Shown here in pieces: positions 11,646 to 22,990 of a stretch of 42,994 bases of DNA; position 1 is the first letter of the stretch; each line of letters opens with the position of its first letter. The stretch is from Octopus bimaculoides (Eukaryota). The translations under genes were made by a program, and so were the position numbers. The notes under the pieces were generated by a model. That model searched no databases. It was not told where the DNA came from and saw only the letters and a program-made list of their open reading frames with translations. The DNA lies in NCBI RefSeq assembly GCF_001194135.2, contig NC_068984.1:107002396-107045389 (forward strand). Direction: 5' to 3'.

Positions 11646-11842
11646 GCGTGGCAAGCTGGTAGAATAGTTTAGCGGCATTTTGTCATTCATTGTGTTTGGT
11701 TCCAAATATCGCCGAGGCCGACTTTGTCTTTCAACCTTTCGCGTTCGATAAGATAAGTACCAGTTGAGCACTGGGGTCGATGTAACGGAATTTTCTCCTC
11801 CTCAAAACTGTTGGCCTTGGGCCAAAATTTGAAACCAATATT
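11646..11842 (+). mobile_element. tRNA-derived SINE, diverged, small deletion in head
   Basis: GGCAAGCTGGTAGAATAG head, GTTCCAAATATCGCCGAGGCCGACTTTG, GATAAGTACCAG, CTGGGGTCGAT core and GGCCTTGGGCCAAAATTTGAAACC tail. Confidence 0.85.
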
Positions 11843-11980
11843 AGTTTATTGTTCGAGTTAGTTTTTCAAATACTATAATTCTTACTGATTCAGACCACCT
11901 GTCTCTGAGTAGTATTTTATATGTGTGTGTGTGCGCGTACGCGTGTTTGAGTATGTATGTGTGTATGTATCAATCTCTTG

Positions 11981-12047
11981 GTGCGTGTGTGCGCGTGCGT
12001 GTGTGCGCGTGCGTGTGTGCGCGTGCGTGTGTGCGCGTGTGCGCGCG
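11981..12047. repeat. 14-bp CpG-rich minisatellite (GTGTGCGCGTGCGT)x3+, uninterrupted purine-pyrimidine alternation
   Basis: Units at 11987, 12001, 12015 and a partial unit at 12029. Confidence 0.85.
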
Positions 12048-12520
12048 AGTGTATCTGGCATTTTTGGCTTGCATTGCCCGTCCTTATTCAGGTTTCAGTA
12101 CAACCGACATAAGGAGAGAGAACGACACAGGAAAACATACTTGTTATTTGTAAATGACATCAAGTGCTTTTTGATCGAGTAAAGATGAAATATAAGTTAA
12201 TCTTGATGGTATTTGAACTCAGAACAAAGAGCTGGAACACTCATTGCAATCTAATAGAATGAGTAACACCCTAGAATAGCGTGTCGACGTTAAATATATC
12301 CGAAATGTCAGTCTGCTAGTCTTTTCATTTTCTTTCTTTGGTTTGAAATGAGGAATTTTTCCCGAAATATTATAAGATCAGTAAATCACCAATGTAAGGA
12401 AATATAATATCTTTTCTATATATTTTCATTCATTGATTTCATTTTTCATATGTTGCTTAAAACTGCAACTGCATTTAACCTATTTATTACATAAATAATA
12501 TCACCAACATTAATAATGAC

Positions 12521-12738
12521 AATAATAATCCTTTCTACTATAGGCACAAGGCCTGAAATTTGGGTTTGGGGGCAGTCGATTACATCGACCCCAGTGCGTA
12601 ACTGGTACTTTTTTCATCGACACTGAAAGGATGAAAGGCAAAGTCCACCTCGGTGGAATTTGAACAGAGAACGTAAAAGACAGACGAAATACCGCTAATC
12701 CTTTCGTTCGGCTAACGATTCCCCTAGCTCACCGCCTT
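12521..12738 (-). mobile_element. tRNA-derived SINE, near full length
   Basis: Minus strand: AAGGCGGTGAGCTAGG head...GTTCAAATTCCACCGAGGTGGACTTTGCC, CTGGGGTCGATGTAATCGAC core, AAATTTCAGGCCTTGTGCCTATAGTAGAAAGG tail and (ATT)n. Confidence 0.88.
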
Positions 12739-12789
12739 AGTAATAATAATGATGATGATAATGATAATAATGATGATGATGATGATGAT

Positions 12790-13080
12790 GATTGTATCAT
12801 GAAAACTCTGTTTTGTTATACTGGGTATGATAGAAAGTGTCACCAGACCAAAGTGACACTTATTTACTGATTATGCCTCCAAAAGCTGCGGAGTACTCTA
12901 GTAGTTCTAAGCAATAATGATTTTTGTAGGTATTCCAAAATTTTGGAGTCACGTTAGTAGATGATTACTGACATTTCCAAGCGCATCAGCCACTATTGGC
13001 ATCACATCCACTTCCTTCATTAACCACGACCTGCGTATTTCCTATTTCAATTCATTATAGTTGTTCACTTTCCATATTTC
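12790..13080 (-). mobile_element. R4/Dong-clade 3' fragment (RLE C-terminus plus 3' UTR)
   Basis: Minus strand: NYNELK*EIRRSWLMKEV..VMPIVADALGNVS...LQKSLLLRTTRVLR. The 3' UTR has a 9-bp stem AAGTGTCAC/GTGACACTT (12835-12861). Confidence 0.75.
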
Positions 13081-13081
13081 A

Positions 13082-13280
13082 AAGGCGGCGAGATGGCAGA
13101 ATCGTGAGCACGCCGGGCGAGATACTTAAAGAGATTTCATCAGCCTTTACGTTCTGAGTTCAAATTCTGCCGAGGTGGACTTTGTTTCATCCTCTCGAGG
13201 TCGATAAATTAAGTACCAGTGAAACATTGGGGTCGAAGTGATCGACTATCCCCCTCCCCAAAAATTTCGGGTCGTGCTTA
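13082..13280 (+). mobile_element. tRNA-derived SINE, near full length, (TTA)n tail to ~13345
   Basis: AAGGCGGCGAGATGGCAGAATCG head, GTTCAAATTC B box, GTCGATAAATTAAGTACCAG core and CCCCAAAAATTTC tail. Confidence 0.88.
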
Positions 13281-13819
13281 TTATTATTATTATTAACATT
13301 ATTATTATTATTGTTATTATTATTATTACTAGTAGTAGTAGTGATAGTATTAGTAATATTATTATACATTTACAACAACATATATGCATATGTAACTAAA
13401 CATTATATATAAATACGTGCATACATGTATGAGGAAAAAGTATGTGTATATGTGTGTACGTATATAACTATGGATATTATAAGTGGTTTAGTTTTATTGC
13501 TATTTTCTACTTCATAAATTTTGAATATTTTTGAATATATATGACTTATTATCCTTATCTATCGACCCTCTGTTTGCAAGCCGCACATATGCTTATCATA
13601 CTTCAATTAGACGATATTTTTATGCAAAGATTAGTCCTACCTTTAAGTCACAAATTTCAAGAAAAATGAGAATTACCTTCTTTATCTCTGTCAAACTCGA
13701 TTCTAAGAATTATATTTATCACCGAAGAAGATTAGTCTATGAACTAACAATGGCACAGACTCATTAACACACTCGCAAATGCATACATAAAACACGAGAG
13801 GCACTACATCATATGAATG

Positions 13820-13884
13820 TATGTATGCATATGTGTATGTGTGTATGTGTATACGTGTATATATATATAAATATAGATATATAA

Positions 13885-13915
<31 letters not shown>

Positions 13916-14243
13916 ATATATATANNNNNNNNNNNNNNNNNNNNNNNNNNNNNNNNNNNNNNNNNNNNNNNNNNNNNNNNNNNNNNNNNNNNNNNNNNNN
14001 NNNNNNNNNNNNNNNNNNNNNNNNNNNNNNNNNNNNNNNNNNNNNNNNNNNNNNNNNNNNNNNNNNNNNNNNNNNNNNNNNNNNNNNNNNNNNNNNNNNN
14101 NNNNNNNNNNNNNNNNNNNNNNNNNNNNNNNNNNNNNNNNNNNNNNNNNNNNNNNNNNNNNNNNNNNNNNNNNNNTATATATACACGTATATATATATAA
14201 TATATATAGATAGATATGTAGATATATACACACACACACACAC

Positions 14244-14304
<61 letters not shown>

Positions 14305-14342
14305 TTATATACATATATTTGTGTGTGTGTGTGTGTGTGTGT
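13820..14342. repeat. (TA)n/(CA)n/(TG)n low-complexity block around a 251-N gap
   Basis: Direct inspection. It explains the YI-repeat ORFs. Confidence 0.9.
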
Positions 14343-15282
14343 ATAAATGGATGAGTATACTAATACGTAAAATAAAACTTAACACTTATCAGTTGTTCTG
14401 TATCCTAATTATTACATGCAGTTGTGATAGAATCAGTCATTAGAATCATTATTATAAGGGACAGCGTCATTAATATAATTACTTTTATTTTATGTAAAGG
14501 AAGTTAAATTGAAGTATTTGTGTTCTTATGGACGTTTGAAACGTCTTTCAGGTGTACTTAAAACAAAATATACAAATTTACAAAAATAACGCAATGCATG
14601 ATCTTTACCCATTTTTATCTTCTTGTCCGTCTAAGATTATTTTGTTTGTGTGATAAATGCATTTATATATAGCTGTTTACGTTAATGCTACACGTGCTAT
14701 ATACCTGAATATTTTTGAAAGCTATGAAGCAGCTTGCTCACTATTAATCGACTTACTAAAAGTAGCATTCAAATCTCTTTTAAATTACACCATACCATCT
14801 TGAAATGATCGTAGGGTGTAACTTAAAAGTTGTGTTTGTTATATTGAATCTGAATAAATGATTCATGTTTGTGATATGTTTGAACAATCGGGCCTACAGG
14901 AGGCTAAACGATATCAACAATTGGATATTGTAATAACATAGTCCATGAGACTACATTTGATGCGGTCTTTATGCAATGTACTTAGGATAAGTATACTATC
15001 AGAAATAATAGCTGTGCTTTGTACTGAATATAAGATGTTTTCGAACTCATAAATATATGTTTCTGCTTCTAAAATATATCTACATTTCTTATAGTAATTA
15101 TTAATATCGAGCCAGAAGGATCAATCTATAAATCAGTATCGCGGACACGGGACCAGCATCAGGCTACTAAACCCTATACAATATGAAGCAGTTGGTCAAA
15201 GAATCTATATCATATGAAACTGGCCTACGCTTAACTCTTGGTTTCTTTTCTTAGAAAAAACTGTCAAATAATTAAGTATAGC

Positions 15283-15652
15283 CTGAGACAAATGCCCTGC
15301 CAAAACATTTGAGAGACCTGCAAGACATGGATATAGAGATCTTCAAGACAAAACTCGACGCTTTCCTCTCCACGATACCAGACGAACCAATGGCTCGAAA
15401 TGAGACACAGTTTAGGGCAGCGATGTCAAATTCTCTTATACACNNNNNNNNNNNNNNNNNNNNNNNNNNNNNNNNNNNNNNNNNNACCAGATGTGCCATC
15501 AAAACTCGTGATTGGACTATATCAGGTGGAGGAGAAGAGCCATGCAAGGAACGTGAAGAGAGCACAGCATAAAGGCGGAAAATCACGGTGGTGCTCCAGC
15601 ATGACCGCAGCCACTTGGCTGAAACCCATAAATAAATAAATAAATAAATATA
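15283..15652 (+). mobile_element. CR1/L2-group LINE 3' end with (TAAA)n tail
   Basis: NALPKHLRDLQDMDIEIFKTKLDAFLSTIPDEP...RAAMSNSLIH(Q) is the typical C-terminus of invertebrate CR1-group ORF2. The 3' UTR ends GGTGCTCCAGCATGACCGCAGCCACTTGGCTGAAACCC followed by (ATAA)n. Confidence 0.8.
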
Positions 15653-15860
15653 TAAATATATATATACATATATATATATACATATACATGTACGTATATA
15701 TGCATATGTATATATATATGTATTGTGTGCGTATGTATATATATGTATATATGCATGTATATATACATATATATGCGTGTGTGTGCGTGTGAATATAAAT
15801 ATCCATATATGCATACACACTAATTCACACAGTTACACACGAATATATATGAATATACAA
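15653..15860. repeat. TA/TG-rich low-complexity array
   Basis: Direct inspection. Confidence 0.8.
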
Positions 15861-17755
15861 GTGCCACATGAGTTGCATTTTATAATTGTAGATATATTCT
15901 CCAAATTTTCACGCGTAAATCTTATTTACATAAATCATAGCAAAATGTCTCTAAAACACATTTCGAGCCTGTTTAGCTCTATTTCTATACAGATTGCTTA
16001 TGATTGGTAAAGTGTTCTCTTAAAATACTGTTGAATTATATTGAAGGGAAGCACTATGTTTCCTTAACAACACTAGTGTATAAGATTATCTTTTAAGCTT
16101 TTGTATGACTTGTAACACTCGTAACAACATTTACCCTCACGACATTTCTAACATGTCTTTCTTTTAGAGAATCTGATAATATAACACTTCTCAATACGAT
16201 TAATCTTTACATTTCCCACAAAATAAACTTCGAAATTGATGGAATGGCTTTTAAAAATTGTAAATCTTAAATCAACTAAATTCGCGAATTATGAGGAGAA
16301 AATAAAAAAGTAGTGTCCTGAAAACTATAAATGTAAATTATTATTTTAGTATCATACTTTTCCATTGAAAAGAATTGTTACAATTCTTCAAGATATTTTA
16401 GCAACGACCAAAACTACTTGTTAATAAGATAATAAATATATAAAGTATTTTCTTGCAATTATACTTTTCCATTTAAAATTATTGTGAAAAAATTTCAAAT
16501 TGTTTTAGCATCGAGGAAATGGCATGTTACAGGTAGTTTAGGTCATTCTAGATCTTTTTTTATCTCTTGTTATTTTCTAAATAGACTTAAAAAATATGAC
16601 TGCTTTTTTAAATTGCTGATGTTTTGCAGTACAGTTGATATGCTCATGTAATAATACAATGTTACTGTAACTACGCTTCTTTGAGTATTTTTAATGTTGA
16701 TATACACTGGATATAGGGGAAACTTCAATGACAGATGGTCACATCGTTATTCAATGTTTGATATGAATTAAATTGTTTAACGTTATCATAATGACAACAT
16801 GTAGATATCGTAACTGCTGTTTCAATAGCAGATATTTTGAAAGGCAAATGTTAATGTAATTTTTTATTTATTTCAAAGAAGTGGATGAGCATAAAAATAA
16901 TTTTGGGTTTTTTAATTATTGGTCATATATAATTATACTGTATCTTCTTATTTGTATAATCATTAAAAAAATATATTTGTGTTGTTTGTCGTGAAGTGTA
17001 CATGATGAAACATTTCGTATCATAACACAAACGCTAGCATGGCCATGTCATTAAAAAATTGCATCTTAGCAACGTGTTTTTAGCTGTGCTTCAATGTTGT
17101 GTATATATTTATGAAGCCTTGGATCTCATATCTACATGTGAGTGAATTCCGTGTATATACATATATGCATGTATGCATACATACATACATACATAATACA
17201 TACGTTCATACATACATACATACATACATGCATATACACATACATGTGTATGAATATAAACAAATTCGAACACACATATACAAGGTAGATGTGTTGTTAG
17301 TTCGTCGGGCGGCAGCGTTTTTGTTTAGGCGTAAGACAATGTATTCTTAATGCCCTTGGTGTAAAACACATGAACGTATCTCATTAACACGCAAGATAGA
17401 TTACATCAAGACAGGCATCGGTGTTTCGTCATTCTTTTGGGTTATCTATCTCGCATACCGAACTGGGCTTGTTGTAAGCTATCTCATAAACTATGAATAT
17501 ATGCTAAATGGTTTATGAAACATTTGCTGACATATTCCAATTTTTCATATCACGGAAATAATTCAGATATGAATTAGAAGCAGCTCTATTTGAATATGTA
17601 TGTACATACAGTAACAATAAATGGATTGTGGTTCCCTACGGCTGTTTCAGACGTTTTTTTTTTTTATTGATGAATAGATTTTTTACATCACGCGGAAAAA
17701 CCGTTTTCATCAGTTGAATACATGTAAGAATTAAACATTTTGAATATTCGAGTTC

Positions 17756-17782
17756 CAACGTAAAAATGCCATTTTTACGTTG
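17756..17782. repeat. Perfect 12-bp inverted repeat, 3-nt loop
   Basis: CAACGTAAAAAT-GCC-ATTTTTACGTTG. Confidence 0.9.
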
Positions 17783-18047
17783 CAGACAAAAAACGTTTGA
17801 AACACAATCCATTTGCAAGTCGCGTAGATATAGAGTCTGCTGAATGCAGTACAATAGGTGCAGTGATTCTATCCATATGCAGCTTTGAGACTCGTTGCAT
17901 ATTTAGTCGGCTGTTTGTACTATATTTATTATATATATTGTTGCATTAATACGATTCAACAATAGCTATACACTTCATGTTAATAGGGTTTAAAGCACTG
18001 CTATATCACCTGTAGTTTCTCGTTGTTTTATACCTACACCATGATGT

Positions 18048-18110
18048 TATAGGATGCTATATTTACTATAGATAATATAGCGTTATCTATAGTAAATATA
18101 GCATCCTATA
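18048..18110. repeat. Perfect 28-bp inverted repeat, 7-nt spacer
   Basis: TATAGGATGCTATATTTACTATAGATAA (18048-18075) / TTATCTATAGTAAATATAGCATCCTATA (18083-18110). Confidence 0.95.
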
Positions 18111-18785
18111 GTAGTTTCACTTTTAACCAAATAACTTTATACAAATGCAAATTATTATGAAATTACATAATTTAGATAAACAACAATATAAACATACTGA
18201 TAATGATAATAAGAGAAATTTTCAATAAATACATCTATAAGTAAATAAAGCGCCATGGGCGGCTGTCTGCAGACTTCCACACATATATCGAGTAAAAGGC
18301 CAAGTTCCACTTTTTAATAGCATCTGGGAGCCGATGCCCGAAGAGGCACTTTGGAAAGCAATCTGTATGGTTATTAATATGTGTGTGTGTGAGTGTGTAT
18401 GTGAGTGTGTGTGTGTGTTTGTGTCTGTCCGCGCGCGCGCGTAAGGAAAATAACAAATTAATTAAAATACAACTTTTACTTAACTTTCTTTTATTGGGAA
18501 TTTGATAAATTCAAGAATGATCTAATCTGCATACACGCGTACATGTATATTATGCATACGTAGTGTGTTTTTTATGTTTGCTTTTGGCAGTTATTTATAT
18601 CAGAATAAGTTAAAATGTGTGACCCACCTGATTTCCGAAAAGGACAAATTGTTGGAGCGAAGATGGTTGGAGCTTTCATCACTAAAAGGTAGCGACTTAG
18701 CTCTGCTGGTATCTTTACCATCATAGATCGATGATTTCTAAACAAAATGTTTCAATATTCTGCACTCTCTCTCTCTATTTATCTC

Positions 18786-18788
<3 letters not shown>

Positions 18789-18832
<44 letters not shown>
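18789..18832. repeat. (CT)n microsatellite abutting the RTE 5' truncation
   Basis: Direct inspection. Confidence 0.95.
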
Positions 18833-18836
<4 letters not shown>

Positions 18837-21505
18837 TAGGTAGAGATGCCCAGTCTTGACCAGATGTCATCGGGCCACATGGCATCGGACATGAGAATAC
18901 CAACGGTCAACTGCTACTTACCTTCTATGTTGAACAGAGACTCACCATCACCAATAACCTGTACCAACTGCCTGACATCCACAAGGCTACCTGGATGCAC
19001 CCAAAGTCCAAGTATTGGCACCTGATTGACTATGTGATCACCAGGCGCCGTGACATCCAGGATGTTCGCATCACTAGGGCAATGAGGGGCGCTGACTGCT
19101 GGACCGATCATCTGCTGTTGAGGTGAAGGCTGTCCTTTTCCATCGTCAACAGACACAGACGCCAGAAAGAGGATGTTAAAAAGAAACTGGACGTCCAGAA
19201 ACTCAATGAACCAAAAACAAAAGAGACCTTCATTGCCAACCTTGCGAACCATCAGACGGAAAGCTTCAGAAGACCTGGGCCAACTTCGGAAATGCAGTGT
19301 ATGACTCTGCCAGCCTTACCCTTGGCCACACAAAACGGAAACACCAAGACTGGTTTGACAACAACAAGGAGACCACCACCCTCCTCCAGGAGAAGAAAGA
19401 AGCGTCCACAGCCTGGCTCGACGACAAAGATTCCCAAGCCAAGCACAGCCGCCTCGAGAACATCAGAGGAAAGATGCAGACTGAACTGCGACAGATGAAA
19501 GACAAGTGGTGGGAAAACAAGGCTGCAGAACTACAGCAGTAAGCAGACGAGCACAACTCCAAGAAGTTCTTTGCCGGCCTGAAAGACGTGTATGGCCCCA
19601 CGCTAAATGCAATGGCACCTATGCGCTCTGCCGATGAAACCCTGCTTACAGAGAAAAGTGACATCATACAGCGCTTGAGTGAAAACTTCAGTCAGCTGCT
19701 AAACAGACCTTTCCAGATTGACAAGCAGGCCATCCAAGACATGCTACAGTACCCAGTTCTGGTGTCGCTAAGCCCCCCACCCAATACTGGCAGAAATCCA
19801 GAAGGCTATCAAGCAACTACATGTGGGGAAAGCATCTGGTCCTGACGAATACCCCCAGAGATCTTCAAAGAGGGAGGTGAAGCTGTTGCCATCAAGTTAA
19901 TCGAGCTGACAGCAGTTCTGGGACGAAGGCTCAGTGCCGCAGGACTTCAAGGATGCCAACATCGTGCATCTGTACAGGAACAGAGCTTCATGTGACAACC
20001 ACAGAGGTATCTCATTGCTGAGTATCGCAGGAAAGATCATGGTCTGTGTTTTTCTGAAGTACATCACACACCACCTGCTGGACGACGTGGTCTCAGAGAA
20101 ACAGTGTGAATTTAGGAACAACAGGGGGACAAGAGACATGGTCTTTGTAGTACGGCAGATACAATAAAAGTGCCGAGAACAAAACCAGAACCTCTACATC
20201 CTCTTCGTGAACCTGACGAAAGCTTTTGCCATTGTCAGCCGAGAGGGCCTGTGGGATATCTTGTACAAACTAGGCTGCCCAAGAAAGCTCGTCAGGCTCA
20301 TCCAGTCATTTCATGAAGGTATGATGGCTCGCATCGTGGAAAACGGAGATGTCTCTGATTCATTCCCGGTCTCCAGTGGCGTAAAGCAAGGCTGCGTAAT
20401 GGTTCCCACACTCTTCAGCCTCACGTTGGCCACCATGCTCTTCCACACCCTGCCAAAGTCTCATCCTGGTGTCACTATTCGCTACAGAAGTGACGGCCGA
20501 TTCTTTGACCTCAGAAGTCTGAAGGCAAAAACCAAAGTCCTGGACGCCCTAGTGAGAGACTTCCTGTTTGCAGACGGTTGTGCGCTTGCAGCATTGAATG
20601 AAGCAGACCTGCAAGTACTTGCCACTTGTGTCGCAGAAGCAGCAAAAGCCTCCGGACTGACCATTAGCCTGCGAAAAACTGAAGTGATGCTTCAGCCTGC
20701 ACCTGGCTTGACACCTCCTGAGTCTCAGACTGAGATTGAGGGCACAACTCTAAACAACGTGGAGTGCTTTACATACCCGGGAAGCTACTTGTCCTCAAAC
20801 TGCAGCATGGGCAAAGATGTCTCCATGAGGCTTGCAGAAGCAGGAGATTCGTTTGGCAGACTTTCGACACGTGTGTGGGCCGAACGAGGCATCAGACTTT
20901 CCACCAAGCTGACAGTCTCTCAACTATACGACTGTGGGACGTGGACGCTGTATAAGAGGCAAATTCGAGTACTTGACCAGTTCCATCTCCGCTGCTTGCG
21001 ACGGATCATGGGAATTTCCTGGGAGGACAGACTCTCCAGCACTGAGGTGTTCAGCAGAGCCGAAATGTCCAGGATCGAAGCCCTCATCATGAAGGCTCAG
21101 CTCCGGTGTGTCGGACATGTAGTCTGAATGGACGACGTGCGTCTACCAAAAATGATCTTCTCTAAGCTGGCTTCTGGAGTAAGAAACTTTGGAAGGCCAC
21201 TGAGGCGATACAAGGACAGCCTGAAAAGTTCCCTTAAGGCCTGCAGCATTTCAAACCGTGGCTGGGAATCGCTTGCCTCTGACCGCGGCGCCTGGCGTCC
21301 AGCTGTCCAAAGGGTGTTAGGCTGTTCGAGGAAAAGCGCCTCAGAGCCTGGACCAGAAGCGACAAGCCCGAAAAGAGAGGATCCCCAACCCTACTTCTGC
21401 TGATACGTGCCCAACATGTGGCCGCGTCTGCGCGTCCATCTTTGGGTACCGTTCCCACATCCGGCGTCACTGACGTCATTGTCGAACCTCGACAGACTTC
21501 CATTA
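18833..21505 (+). mobile_element. RTE-clade (BovB-like) LINE, 5'-truncated within the APE domain, defective
   Basis: APE: RVGRD..PDVIGPHGIG..N.NGQLLL...TWMHPKSKYWHLIDYVITRRRDIQDV..TRAMRGADCWTDH. RT: QDFKDANIVHLY, NHRGISLLSIAGKI, GVKQGCVM.PTLF, DFLFADGCAL. C-terminal C2H2 finger CPTCGRVCASIFGYRSHIRRH* (stop 21471-21473). 3' UTR stem-loop TGTCGA-acc-TCGACA (21480-21494). Confidence 0.95.
20207..21127 (+). pseudogene. Longest intact reverse-transcriptase segment (306 aa) of the RTE-BovB-like LINE
   Basis: From the ORF track, with RT motifs as above. It is flanked by in-frame stops and frameshifts, so it is not a functional ORF2. Confidence 0.9.
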
Positions 21506-21545
21506 TATTATTATGTCTGTATATATATATATATATATATATATC

Positions 21546-21612
<67 letters not shown>

Positions 21613-21623
21613 AAGTATGTATG

Positions 21624-21654
<31 letters not shown>

Positions 21655-21870
21655 GTNNNNNNNNNNNNNNNNNNNNNNNNNNNNNNNNNNNNNNNNNNNN
21701 NNNNNNNNNNNNNNNNNNNNNNNNNNNNNNNNNNNNNNNNNNNNNNNNNNNNNNNNNNNNNNNNNNNNNNNNNNNNNNNNNNNNNNNNNNNNNNNNNNNN
21801 NNNNNNNNNNNNNNNNNNNNNNNNNNNNNNNNNNNNNNNNNNNNNNNNNNNNNNNNNNNNNNNNNNNNNN

Positions 21871-21917
<47 letters not shown>

Positions 21918-22064
21918 GTGTGTATTTATGTGTGTATATATATACATATAGTTGAAAAAGATACAATGTATATTATTCATATATGCATACCTATAAATAT
22001 ACATATAAACATACATATAAATATGTAGGGAGGGAGAGAAGGGGAGGGAGAGAGAGAAGGCTAG

Positions 22065-22110
<46 letters not shown>
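21506..22110. repeat. (TA)n/(TG)n/(GATA)n/(GA)n block around a 214-N gap
   Basis: Direct inspection. Confidence 0.9.
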
Positions 22111-22115
<5 letters not shown>

Positions 22116-22420
22116 TTTTTACTTTTATATACTTGAGCACTGCAAGTGGTGTAATTGCTACTTTATTTCATCCCACTTTTATAGCCCCCATAGCATTCCT
22201 TTTGTGTTTCATTCTGGCAAATCAGTGATCAGAACAGAGCGAGCATTATTTATATTTTCTTAATCTGATATGGGTTCACCTGACATCTCAAATAGAAATT
22301 TCTTTGGTTCTGAACGCAACCAGATCTATACAAAATATATATGTGATGCCTCTTGGCAAGATATTGAAAATCCATAGGTCCTTCAACCCTAAACTATGAC
22401 AGCACCCGGACCTTTGTTAC

Positions 22421-22789
22421 TATGCAGTAGCATTCTGTTCGTGGGGCATATAGCTTTCATTTCCCAAGCCATGCATCAGTTTTTCTAACACACGCACGCA
22501 CACTCACACACATATGAGTATTTATATGTACGTGTACGTACGTGCATATATGCACAGATTATATATATATATATATATATATATNNNNNNNNNNNNNNNN
22601 NNNNNNNNNNNNNNNNNNNNNNNNNNNNNNNNNNNNNNNNNNNNNNNNNNNNNNNNNNNNNNNNNNNNNNNNNNNNNNNNNNNNNNNNNNNNNNNNNNNN
22701 NNNNNNNNNNNNNNNNNNNNNNNNNNNNNNNNNNNNNNNNNNNNNNNNNNNNNNNNNNNNNNNNNNNNNNNNNNNNNNNNNNNATATAC

Positions 22790-22836
<47 letters not shown>

Positions 22837-22990
22837 TGCACATACATACACGTACATATAAATACTCATGTATGTGTGTGTGTGTGTGTGTGCGTGTGTG
22901 TGTGTGCGTGTGTGTGTGTGTGTGTGTTAAAAAACTGATGCATGGCTTTGGAGATGAAAGCTATATGCCCAACGAACAGAATGCTAATGC

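Noticed and set aside
13804-14314. Long YI/CV/HT-repeat ORFs (also 6492-6809, 15272-15820, 21234-22028, 22485-22869, 23728-24078, 30884-31147)
   Set aside because: They are translations of microsatellites and N gaps, not proteins.
15444-15485. 42-N gap as a real insertion in the CR1-like ORF
   Set aside because: The flanks ...CTTATACAC and ACCAGATG overlap by AC and read SNSLIHQM when merged, so it is probably a scaffolding artefact.
18260-18360. Minus-strand SASSGIG (Rossmann-like) and WPFTRYMC (GPCR loop-like) motifs
   Set aside because: Neither is followed by the expected downstream pattern (no hydrophobic TM3/DRY; the first Gly of the Rossmann motif is missing). They are short chance matches.
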